NCBI GenBank assembly: GCA_043824255.1
Contig: JBDRTG010000006.1
Span: 1 to 18,164, forward strand
DNA: 18,164 nt
Origin: a bacterium
GTDB lineage: Bacteria; JAHJDO01
Reading direction: 5' to 3'
Numbering within the stretch: the stretch's first letter is position 1; each line of letters starts with the position of its first letter. Below, in pieces: positions 1 through 7,313 of the stretch. Under the pieces are notes generated by a model, which worked only from the letters and a program-made list of their open reading frames with translations, did no database searches and was not told the origin of the DNA. The position numbers and the translations under genes were made by a program.

Positions 1-127
1 AGGAGACAATGTAGATTTAGAGATAGAGTTAATAGCACCCATAGCAATGGAAGAAGGATTAAGATTTGCGATAAGAGAGGGAGGAAGGACAGTAGGTGCT
101 GGTGTTGTATCTAAAATTATTAAGTGA
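1..127 (+). CDS. tuf: Elongation factor Tu, 3' end (partial, runs off the window start)
   Basis: Frame from nt 2 reads [41 protein letters not shown], stop TGA 125-127. [14 protein letters not shown] is the EF-Tu C-terminal signature. Not in the ORF track. Confidence 0.98.
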   Translation, partial: GDNVDLEIELIAPIAMEEGLRFAIREGGRTVGAGVVSKIIK

Positions 128-153
128 ACTTAGTAGATAGGCAATATTAGAGT

Positions 154-303
154 ATGCGCGATATAGTTGTATTAGCATGTGTAGAGTGCAAAAATAGAAG
201 TTACACTACAACAAGAAACAAAAAGAACAAGAAAGACAAGTTGGAATTAAAAAAATATTGTAGATTTTGCAGAAAGCATGTATTGCATAAAGAAACCAAA
301 TAG
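154..303 (+). CDS. rpmG: 50S ribosomal protein L33, Zn-binding (C+) type, 49 aa
   Basis: Manual translation [49 protein letters not shown]. Two CxxC pairs, LELKKYC motif, canonical position between tuf and secE. Too short for the ORF track. Confidence 0.97.
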   Translation: MRDIVVLACVECKNRSYTTTRNKKNKKDKLELKKYCRFCRKHVLHKETK

Positions 304-309
304 AGCTGT

Positions 310-382
310 AGGCCTGTAGCTCTAACGGTAGAGCAGCGGACTCCAAATCCGATGGATGGGGGTTCAAATCCCTCCAGGCCTG
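310..382 (+). tRNA. trnW: tRNA-Trp (anticodon CCA); 3' CCA not encoded
   Basis: Acceptor stem AGGCCTG(310-316)/CAGGCCT(375-381), discriminator G382. D arm GCTC-TAACGGTA-GAGC. Anticodon arm GCGGA-CTCCAAA-TCCGA with CCA at 343-345. T arm GGGGG-TTCAAAT-CCCTC. Followed by CTA, not CCA. Usual rpmG-trnW-secE location. Confidence 0.96.
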
Positions 383-401
383 CTATTAATGTTTAGAAAT
401 T

Positions 402-587
402 ATGTTTAGACGCATTAAAATTTTTTTATTGGATGTTTATAAAGAACTCAAGAAGGTCTCTTGGCCAACGAAGAATGAAATTAAAGAATCCACTGTAATT
501 GTCATTATAGCTGTTGGGATAAGCGCAGTGTTTATTGGTATAGTGGACTTTTTCTTGGGCAATATTTTGAGTAAGATAATAAGGTAG
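402..587 (+). CDS. secE: Preprotein translocase subunit SecE (single-TM type)
   Basis: ELKKVSWPT motif followed by one hydrophobic segment; directly upstream of nusG. Confidence 0.96.
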   Translation: MFRRIKIFLLDVYKELKKVSWPTKNEIKESTVIVIIAVGISAVFIGIVDFFLGNILSKIIR

Positions 588-598
588 TAAGAGTAACT

Positions 599-1129
599 AT
601 GAAAAAAAAGTGGTATGTAATACACATACATTCGGGTTTTGAGGGTAAAGTAAAGATACAGCTAGAACGCGAGATAAAACTTGCCAATATGGAGAAATTT
701 GTATCTCAGATATTAATTCCAACAGAGAATGTTGTCGAAGTTAAAGCTGGACAAAAAAAGGTTAGTAGTAGGAAGTTCTTTCCCGGTTATATTCTTATAG
801 AGATGGAAATGAATGACGAAGTTTGGCAGCTGATACGAAATGTTCCTGGAGTTAGCGGTTTTATTGGAAACAGGAAAAAAGCTGTACCCCTTTCTGAGAA
901 AGAAATACAGAGAATATTTGAAAAATTGAAGGAAAAAGAAGAAAAACCCAAACCAAAGGTAATGTTTGATAAAGGAGAAAGCATAAGGATTATAGAGGGG
1001 CCATTTACTGATTTTAATGGTGAAATTGAAGAAGTTAGTCCAGAAAAAGGAAGATTAAAAGTAATGGTTTCTATTTTTGGCAGATCAACACCCGTTGAAT
1101 TAGAATCCTGGCAGGTAGAAAAGATATAA
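599..1129 (+). CDS. nusG: Transcription termination/antitermination factor NusG
   Basis: WYVIH..SGFE, FFPGYILIEM, KOW motif IIEGPFTDFNG, C-terminal VSIFGRSTPVEL. Confidence 0.99.
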   Translation: MKKKWYVIHIHSGFEGKVKIQLEREIKLANMEKFVSQILIPTENVVEVKAGQKKVSSRKFFPGYILIEMEMNDEVWQLIRNVPGVSGFIGNRKKAVPLSEKEIQRIFEKLKEKEEKPKPKVMFDKGESIRIIEGPFTDFNGEIEEVSPEKGRLKVMVSIFGRSTPVELESWQVEKI

Positions 1130-1162
1130 TTTTAAATTTTTAATTATGAATTTTGAATTAAG
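1128..1162. repeat. Degenerate 7-nt tandem repeat array (5 units) in the nusG-rplK spacer
   Basis: AATTTTA AATTTTT AATTATG AATTTTG AATTAAG read directly at 1128-1162. Low complexity, so moderate confidence. Confidence 0.55.
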
Positions 1163-1176
1163 GAGTAAATTTTAAT

Positions 1177-1608
1177 ATGGCAAAAGAGAAAAAAGTTACA
1201 GGAATGATAAAGCTGCAGATTCCAGCAGGAAAGGCAACACCAGCACCACCAGTAGGGCCGGCTCTAGGTCAACATGGCATTAATATAATGCAATTTTGTC
1301 AGGCATTTAATAATCAAACCAAAGACAAGGAAGGATTAATAATTCCTGTTGTTATAACAGTTTATGAGGATAAGTCCATTACATTCATTACTAAATCTCC
1401 TCCAGCTGCAGTTCTCCTGAAGCAAGCTGCTGGTATTGCAAAAGCATCTGGAGAACCTAATAAAAATAAGATAGCAAAGGTAAGCAAAGATAAAGTTAGA
1501 GATATAGCAAAAATGAAAATAAAGGATTTGAATACTTCTAATATTGAATCCGCAATGAAGATTATTGCAGGCACTGCTAGAAGTATGGGGATCGAGATAG
1601 AGGGCTGA
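1177..1608 (+). CDS. rplK: 50S ribosomal protein L11
   Basis: [23 protein letters not shown] and [10 protein letters not shown] motifs; AGGAG upstream at 1161-1165. Confidence 0.99.
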   Translation: MAKEKKVTGMIKLQIPAGKATPAPPVGPALGQHGINIMQFCQAFNNQTKDKEGLIIPVVITVYEDKSITFITKSPPAAVLLKQAAGIAKASGEPNKNKIAKVSKDKVRDIAKMKIKDLNTSNIESAMKIIAGTARSMGIEIEG

Positions 1609-1639
1609 TATTATTTCAAAATTTAAGAGGTGATAAAAC

Positions 1640-3580
1640 ATGAAAAAACTCTCAATATTCTTACTCGTATTTTCAATGATTTTAAGCAGTGTAACTCCAG
1701 CCCATAGTTGGCCGTGGTCCAGAAATCGGCGTCCACTTCCGCCCAAAACAGCAACGATTCAAGGACGAGTAACAGATTCCATAACAAATCAAGCCATATC
1801 TGCTGCAACAGTCCGAGCAGGCAGTTACAGAGCCAGTACAAATGCAAGTGGGAAGTATGTAATAAAGAATATTAAGGTATGGTTCTGGGGAAGAATATAT
1901 AGAGTAAAAGCCGAAGCAGATGGATATTACACAAGTTCCAGATGGGTATATGTAAGAAGAGGAAGAACACGCACGTTAAACTTCGGATTAAGACCCAAAA
2001 AGCCGCTGATATTAGTTAAGATAACTTCTCCTGAAGACAATTCATACATAAGAGGAACAAGTTTAGACGTATCAGTATCATGGCAGGGCAGAGCAGGAAT
2101 AATAGATTTATATTTAGATGATAGTTTAGCTGGAAGTTACAGAACATGGCGCTGGTGGCACAGATCAGGAAATCATACATTCAAAATAGACCTTTCATCT
2201 CAACAAGATGGAGAACATAAGCTCAAAGCAATTGCATACAGATCACATAGGAGGCGAGGATACAAAGCAGAGTCTAAAGAGATAACATTTATCTTGGATA
2301 ACACCCTGCCTGTGATTTCAGATATATCTCCAGAAAACAATACTTTAATTAACAACAACCAGCCAGAGATTTCAGCAATATTGTCGGATGCGACAAGCGG
2401 GATAGATAAAGAAACTATCATATTAAAGCTTGATGCTGTTGAAGTAACTGCAAGTTGTGATGAGATAACTGGAAAGCTGAGTTACACACCAGAGACAATT
2501 CTTGAAGACGGAACACATACAGTTTCTATTGAGGTGAAAGACAAGGTTGGAAATGAGGCAAGCGCAAGCTCAACATTTAGAGTGGAAACAGATACGATGC
2601 CTCCAAGCATAACTGATTTATCACCAAAGGAAGCTTCTATAATTTACTACACAACTCCAACAATCTCAGCAAAATACTCAGATGATAAGTCAGGCGTAGA
2701 TGAAACCACAGTAAAGATATTGGTAAATGCAGTAGATGTAACAGCAAGCAGTACAATTACAGAAGAAGGCATTTCATACACTCCTGCAGAAGAACTTACA
2801 CAAGGTGGAATAACAGTAAACATAGAGGTAAAAGACAATGCAGGAAATTTGGCAACAAAAGAATTTAGTTTTGAGATAAAGATATTGACAGCGGAAGAAG
2901 CATTGGAATTGGTTAAAATAAATCATGATAAGATTCAGGATATGAAAGCGACACTGGAAGGTAAGTCTACATATAAATCACAGCCTTATGGAAAAGGCGT
3001 ATATGCAGATTACTGGTATAAATATCCTGATAAGAAAAAGACAAGATATTATACTTCTTCAGCAAGGGATGAGGTAGAAAGTATTTCCATCCTTGCGGAT
3101 ACAGCGTTGCATTACATAAACCCGTCAAAAAACATAAAACAGACTGTAGATATTCTGGAAGGTAAGGGAGTAACCAAGCAGGATTTGGCAAATGCTAATC
3201 CAATTGATAATCTAGATAGTTTCATAAATGCAAACGATGTTATAAGGATTAGTAATGATAAAGGGTTATATTTGATAAAGGCAACACCAAAAGAGGAAAG
3301 TCCGCACTACAACAAGATATTTTTATACATAGATACTAGCCATTCATTGCTACAGAAAACAGAATTATACAAGGACAATAACTTAAAACAGATAATAGAG
3401 ATATCTTCCTATGAGGGTTTTGAAGATGGGATATACGTGGCATCAGAAACAAAGAAGATACCTGTATTAGAGGATGACAATGGAGACACATCATTAGATT
3501 TTATAACGACAGTAACTTACAGCAATATAGAAATAAACACAGGAATTCCAGACAGTGAATTTGATCTGGAGCAACAGTAG
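1640..3580 (+). CDS. Exported multidomain protein: signal peptide, carboxypeptidase-regulatory-like beta-sandwich, three Ig-like domains, C-terminal LolA-like domain
   Basis: SD GAGGTG upstream; Sec-type signal MKKLSIFLLVFSMILSSVTPAHS. IQGRVTD...STNASGKY...AEADGY fits CarboxypepD_reg-like domains. ITSPED...DGEHKLKAIAY and two D-x-x-P-P...SD-x-x-SG-[IV]D...EVKD-x-x-GN units fit bacterial Ig-like domains. TAEEALELVK...IQDMKA at the start and YSNIEINTGIPDSEF at the end fit the LolA/outer-membrane lipoprotein-sorting fold. CDS certain; domain calls by eye. Confidence 0.75.
   Translation: MKKLSIFLLVFSMILSSVTPAHSWPWSRNRRPLPPKTATIQGRVTDSITNQAISAATVRAGSYRASTNASGKYVIKNIKVWFWGRIYRVKAEADGYYTSSRWVYVRRGRTRTLNFGLRPKKPLILVKITSPEDNSYIRGTSLDVSVSWQGRAGIIDLYLDDSLAGSYRTWRWWHRSGNHTFKIDLSSQQDGEHKLKAIAYRSHRRRGYKAESKEITFILDNTLPVISDISPENNTLINNNQPEISAILSDATSGIDKETIILKLDAVEVTASCDEITGKLSYTPETILEDGTHTVSIEVKDKVGNEASASSTFRVETDTMPPSITDLSPKEASIIYYTTPTISAKYSDDKSGVDETTVKILVNAVDVTASSTITEEGISYTPAEELTQGGITVNIEVKDNAGNLATKEFSFEIKILTAEEALELVKINHDKIQDMKATLEGKSTYKSQPYGKGVYADYWYKYPDKKKTRYYTSSARDEVESISILADTALHYINPSKNIKQTVDILEGKGVTKQDLANANPIDNLDSFINANDVIRISNDKGLYLIKATPKEESPHYNKIFLYIDTSHSLLQKTELYKDNNLKQIIEISSYEGFEDGIYVASETKKIPVLEDDNGDTSLDFITTVTYSNIEINTGIPDSEFDLEQQ
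2297..2881 (+). repeat. Tandem duplication of an Ig-like domain (98-codon period) inside the 1640-3580 CDS
   Basis: Unit 1 from 2297: DNTLPVISDISP...SDATSGIDKETI...EVTAS...SYTPE...IEVKDKVGNEA. Unit 2 from 2591: DTMPPSITDLSP...SDDKSGVDETTV...DVTAS...SYTPA...IEVKDNAGNLA. Confidence 0.88.
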
Positions 3581-3584
3581 GAAT

Positions 3585-4613
3585 ATGAAGACACATAAAT
3601 TCAGATTAGTAATTTTATTAGCCTTAGCAGTATTAATTCCAGGACAGCAAAATACATTTGCAGCCAAGAAGCCCAGACATCAAGAAGTAATAGAGTATTA
3701 CAGTCCTGCTTGGGCGCCTGACAGCAGACATATCATTTATATAAAAAAGATTACATATTCCAAATTGCATTATGACTGGCTGGCAGAGATAACAAAGAGC
3801 ACAGATATGATAACAGGTAGAGACTTTTGTATATGCAAGACGGATATAGATACAAAAAAGGAAGAGATAATAAGAAAATTTAGAATAAAAGAATGGTATT
3901 CTGCTTCCAAAAAACATAAATCTGGATGGAGAGCTGCATGGATAAACAAAGAAGATAAAACAATATTTGGAGATGACAGATTACAGGATGTAGCTGTGAG
4001 CGCAATTTCGGAGATTTCAGTTAATAAAAAAAGTAGCGATATATTAATGGTTGTAAAACGGAATGGTATTTACTTATTCAAAAAAGATAGCGGAGATATT
4101 AGAAAAATAATTGAATGTAAGCACTGCGTTTACAATCCTCGCTGGTCTCCAGACGGAAAGCAGGTATTATATCAGATAGATAAATCAGTAGACGGCAAGC
4201 ATATTTCTGAACTCTGGCTCGTAAATACAGATGGAACAAATGATCATCTGTTAGTAGACAATGCTTCCAGCGGCAATTGGCATCCAAGTGAAAATAGAAT
4301 AACGTTTTATAGAAAGTCGGAAGGTTCTTATTATTATTCATTGAGTAACAATAGCATAGAGAAAGCAAGGATGAACTTATATGGTTGGTCTTCTGATTGG
4401 ACGAAAAGAATAGATGGGCATGAAATTCGCAACAAAAGCGGTAAAGTTGTTGCAAGATTAAGTAAGAAAATGAATTTTTATACTAGATGGTCGCCTGATG
4501 GAACAAAGATTTTAGGTGTTGATGGGATAGGATCTAGCACCAGCATAGGAGTTATTAACAGCGACGGAACAGGATTTAAATTGTTATTAAAACGGAAATC
4601 CGTAAAATATTAA
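3585..4613 (+). CDS. Exported TolB-like (PD40/WD40-like) beta-propeller protein
   Basis: Repeated SPAWAPDSRHI, NPRWSPDGKQV, NWHPSENRI, WSSD and RWSPDGTKI, plus LWLVNTDGT and VINSDGTG blade motifs. Start moved from GTG 3555 to ATG 3585, which gives a clean signal peptide MKTHKFRLVILLALAVLIPGQQNTFA and removes the overlap with the upstream gene. Confidence 0.8.
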   Translation: MKTHKFRLVILLALAVLIPGQQNTFAAKKPRHQEVIEYYSPAWAPDSRHIIYIKKITYSKLHYDWLAEITKSTDMITGRDFCICKTDIDTKKEEIIRKFRIKEWYSASKKHKSGWRAAWINKEDKTIFGDDRLQDVAVSAISEISVNKKSSDILMVVKRNGIYLFKKDSGDIRKIIECKHCVYNPRWSPDGKQVLYQIDKSVDGKHISELWLVNTDGTNDHLLVDNASSGNWHPSENRITFYRKSEGSYYYSLSNNSIEKARMNLYGWSSDWTKRIDGHEIRNKSGKVVARLSKKMNFYTRWSPDGTKILGVDGIGSSTSIGVINSDGTGFKLLLKRKSVKY

Positions 4614-4624
4614 AGAGGTAGAGA

Positions 4625-7123
4625 ATGAGAAGAAATACATTATTCTATGTAATGGCAATAATGCTGGCGTTTTCGATAATTCCTAATAATTTAAATGCAG
4701 GAGAATTATTAAAAGAATGGTATAAACCTGACGATCCTGTATACGAAGAAATCTATCGGCCAACTCCAATCTTATTCCTCCACGGTTTTGGTCCGGGAAG
4801 TCCAGAAACATGGGGCTATCTGGCTGGTAAGTTGTCAGAGGATCATTATAAACTGTACTTTATTCCACCTTCTCCTACTCTTCCTCGCCTTCAAGGACCT
4901 AATTATTTAGAACGAATAGATTTTCAAGATAAGAATGGTTCGGTAGACACATATCCCAATGGAAATCCAGGGTGGTCGGACAAAGTCAATGATGCAATGA
5001 GCAATATATTGCAACGCTATGACAAGACAGATAAAGTAGTACTTATCTGCCACAGTATGGGAGGATTGGCAGGAAGATATTATATGCAGGCTCTGGGTGG
5101 AGATGGGAATACTGACAAATATGTTTCTATAGATACTCCACATTGCGGAGCTGTGTTGGCAGATATAGCGAATACAATAGAAGTAGCTCAGTTTGGGAGC
5201 TTAATATTTGGAGGATTAGGCGGATTTCTTTTCGCGGCAATTACAGAAGTAATAAATCAATCTGCTGTGGTGATAGGAGATATAGATATTCATGGAGATG
5301 CAGTAAATGACATGGATCCTGATGGAGAATTTATAACTAACTTAATAAACATGGGAACTGGAGATGGAGCAAAGTCTCGCTGTGTAGTCGGACAAATAGG
5401 TTCAGCGAAGAATTTTCTGTTATTTGGAAGTTATTATGGAGGGGATGGAGTGGTATCAGTAAGAACTCAGCAGGCAATAGATAAGGATGGACATACTACA
5501 TGGGATTTTTATGATACGTGTGTTGTTACAGCGTCTCATTCCAACGCTCCGAAAAACAGCAAGACATATAACCAGATTTTAAAATGGGTAGATAAAGAAA
5601 GACCAGAACTTGGTTTAATCCGAGTATTGGAATCAGATGGGACTCCTGAAGCAGAAGAGAATAATCTTTCAACACTTCCTGAAGGGGATTGGGGAGAAAA
5701 AGATACTCATTGGACAGAACATGTAATTGGCGAAGACTCAGAGCCTTTTCTGCTGGATCTGGATAAATACGGGCGCGCTTGTGTTGAAGGGAAAGTAGAT
5801 GAAGAATATCTTCCTGCAACAACAAAGGTGGATATCAAGGTATATAAAGAAGGAGAGACAACATCTGTATGGGAGAATACCCCGAAGACTAGTTTACTTA
5901 AACCTTATGCAGGCATGCAACCTGCTCCTGCAGGGTTCAGATATGAGGTATTATTCGCAAAGAATAAGGATACTGCTCCAGAGCCGGGAGTATATGAGAT
6001 AAAGATTTTTGTTGAAAATCCGGCAGGGCTAAAATCAGAAGAAAAGACAGTAAAAGTAAGAATAGGAGCAGGACACTACTTCCACGTCTCGCTTTCTCCT
6101 GAATATGTAGTAACTGGCAGTCCTGTATCCCAAACTCAAACATTCACTATAACAGTTCAGTGTTATAATTACGGCACATCAGAGACAAAGCCGGATGTAG
6201 AAGGGGAAAGATACGTAGATAAAAAGGCAGGAACAGAAAGCTGGTGGCATTATGTTAATGATGGAGCAGGCATTGATGAATGGCGAAAAGAAAAAATCAA
6301 TCCAAATTGTGTAGCACCGGAAGAGTGGGCAAAGAGTGATTATACTGGAGAGGTAAGTTTTGGAATAGCCAATATCACAAATAATGATTATGAATTATAC
6401 ACAGGGGAAGATAAGCTGGAGAAGATAACCTTAGCAGATGGAACAAGTTCAATATCAGGAGTGGTAGTAAAAGCAGAAGACGGAGATATAAGCAATGACC
6501 ATCTGTTTCTGATTATCTCTGCATCAGATGGAGCAGGAGATGGAAATGGAGCGTTAATAGTGAATCCGCTGATTATTCCGTGTGACCACGTAAAAAACCA
6601 ATATTGGAAAGATACCGGACCGGTGTATGAATCCACATGGAACGAAGCGTGGGATTTAGCGTACGCAGAATATCAAGGCACAAGCTGGATTGAAACTACA
6701 CCGCCCTTGAATTACTTATTGTGTGGGGGCATAGGTTTGAGAGAGGAAAGCAATTTATACGCGGCAGGTGTCAAATGCACGAAAAACGTACTTGTATTTA
6801 AGCCTGTTGTTTATATGAGCCAATCAGAATGGAATGATATCGGTAAAATAAAAATCAGGTTTATAAGATATCAAGTTGGGGGCGCTGCGGTAGGGGGTGG
6901 GATTCGCTGTGTGCAAACTAACGTAACACAAGATCAGGTATTTGGCTGGATGACTTTTAATATCCCGAAAAACATCTGTAATTTTAATGAGTTCTCTTTA
7001 ACTTTTGAGGGGTTAGCTAGAACCAGCGACGACCTAAGACCACCCGAACCATTGCTTTATGAATATTCATTCTGTGGAGCTAGTGGTCAAATCTCAAATG
7101 CAAAACTATATTGTTCTCAATGA
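4625..7123 (+). CDS. Exported alpha/beta-hydrolase (lipase/esterase, PGAP1-like) with long C-terminal beta-rich domains
   Basis: SD GAGGT; signal peptide MRRNTLFYVMAIMLAFSIIPNNLNA. Oxyanion motif PILFLHGF, nucleophile elbow CHSMGG (5048-5065), SIDTPHCGA, candidate catalytic Asp in GDGVV and His in ASHS. The C-terminal part (about 500 aa) is not recognised, apart from an Ig-like PGVYEIKIFVENPAG strand pattern. Confidence 0.8.
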   Translation: MRRNTLFYVMAIMLAFSIIPNNLNAGELLKEWYKPDDPVYEEIYRPTPILFLHGFGPGSPETWGYLAGKLSEDHYKLYFIPPSPTLPRLQGPNYLERIDFQDKNGSVDTYPNGNPGWSDKVNDAMSNILQRYDKTDKVVLICHSMGGLAGRYYMQALGGDGNTDKYVSIDTPHCGAVLADIANTIEVAQFGSLIFGGLGGFLFAAITEVINQSAVVIGDIDIHGDAVNDMDPDGEFITNLINMGTGDGAKSRCVVGQIGSAKNFLLFGSYYGGDGVVSVRTQQAIDKDGHTTWDFYDTCVVTASHSNAPKNSKTYNQILKWVDKERPELGLIRVLESDGTPEAEENNLSTLPEGDWGEKDTHWTEHVIGEDSEPFLLDLDKYGRACVEGKVDEEYLPATTKVDIKVYKEGETTSVWENTPKTSLLKPYAGMQPAPAGFRYEVLFAKNKDTAPEPGVYEIKIFVENPAGLKSEEKTVKVRIGAGHYFHVSLSPEYVVTGSPVSQTQTFTITVQCYNYGTSETKPDVEGERYVDKKAGTESWWHYVNDGAGIDEWRKEKINPNCVAPEEWAKSDYTGEVSFGIANITNNDYELYTGEDKLEKITLADGTSSISGVVVKAEDGDISNDHLFLIISASDGAGDGNGALIVNPLIIPCDHVKNQYWKDTGPVYESTWNEAWDLAYAEYQGTSWIETTPPLNYLLCGGIGLREESNLYAAGVKCTKNVLVFKPVVYMSQSEWNDIGKIKIRFIRYQVGGAAVGGGIRCVQTNVTQDQVFGWMTFNIPKNICNFNEFSLTFEGLARTSDDLRPPEPLLYEYSFCGASGQISNAKLYCSQ

Positions 7124-7139
7124 ACTGTAATATATAGGC

Positions 7140-7313
7140 ATGGTAAAACAAATAGATAGAAATTATGTGGAAGTAGTAGACACAACAATGGAGCAGATGC
7201 TAAAAACCGTCACAAAACCAGAACAAAAAGCGTTGAAAGAATTGCTTGAAGATGCTGTTTCAAGAGCGTATTATGCATCGTTTCATGTTAAAGAAAAGGG
7301 AACACTGGAATGA
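7140..7313 (+). pseudogene. 57-codon ORF containing a truncated HEPN-domain N-terminal motif; probable toxin-antitoxin remnant
   Basis: Manual translation MVKQIDRNYVEVVDTTMEQMLKTVTKPEQKALKELLEDAVSRAYYASFHVKEKGTLE. DAVSRAYYAxFH matches the first conserved helix motif of MNT-associated HEPN proteins. The rest of the domain, including any Rx4-6H motif, is missing. Stop TGA overlaps the rplA ATG (ATGA 7310-7313). Confidence 0.6.

Noticed and set aside
3555..3584. GTG start at 3555 for the propeller gene
   Set aside because: It overlaps the upstream CDS and adds 10 residues ahead of an otherwise typical signal peptide; ATG 3585 is more plausible.
4625..4650. MRRNTLF as a twin-arginine (Tat) signal
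   Set aside because: It lacks the S/T-R-R-x-F-L-K consensus and the n-region is very short; an ordinary Sec signal fits better.
6570..7310. Diversity-generating retroelement target or template repeat at the hydrolase C-terminus
   Set aside because: No second near-identical copy differing at adenines and no reverse transcriptase gene in the window.
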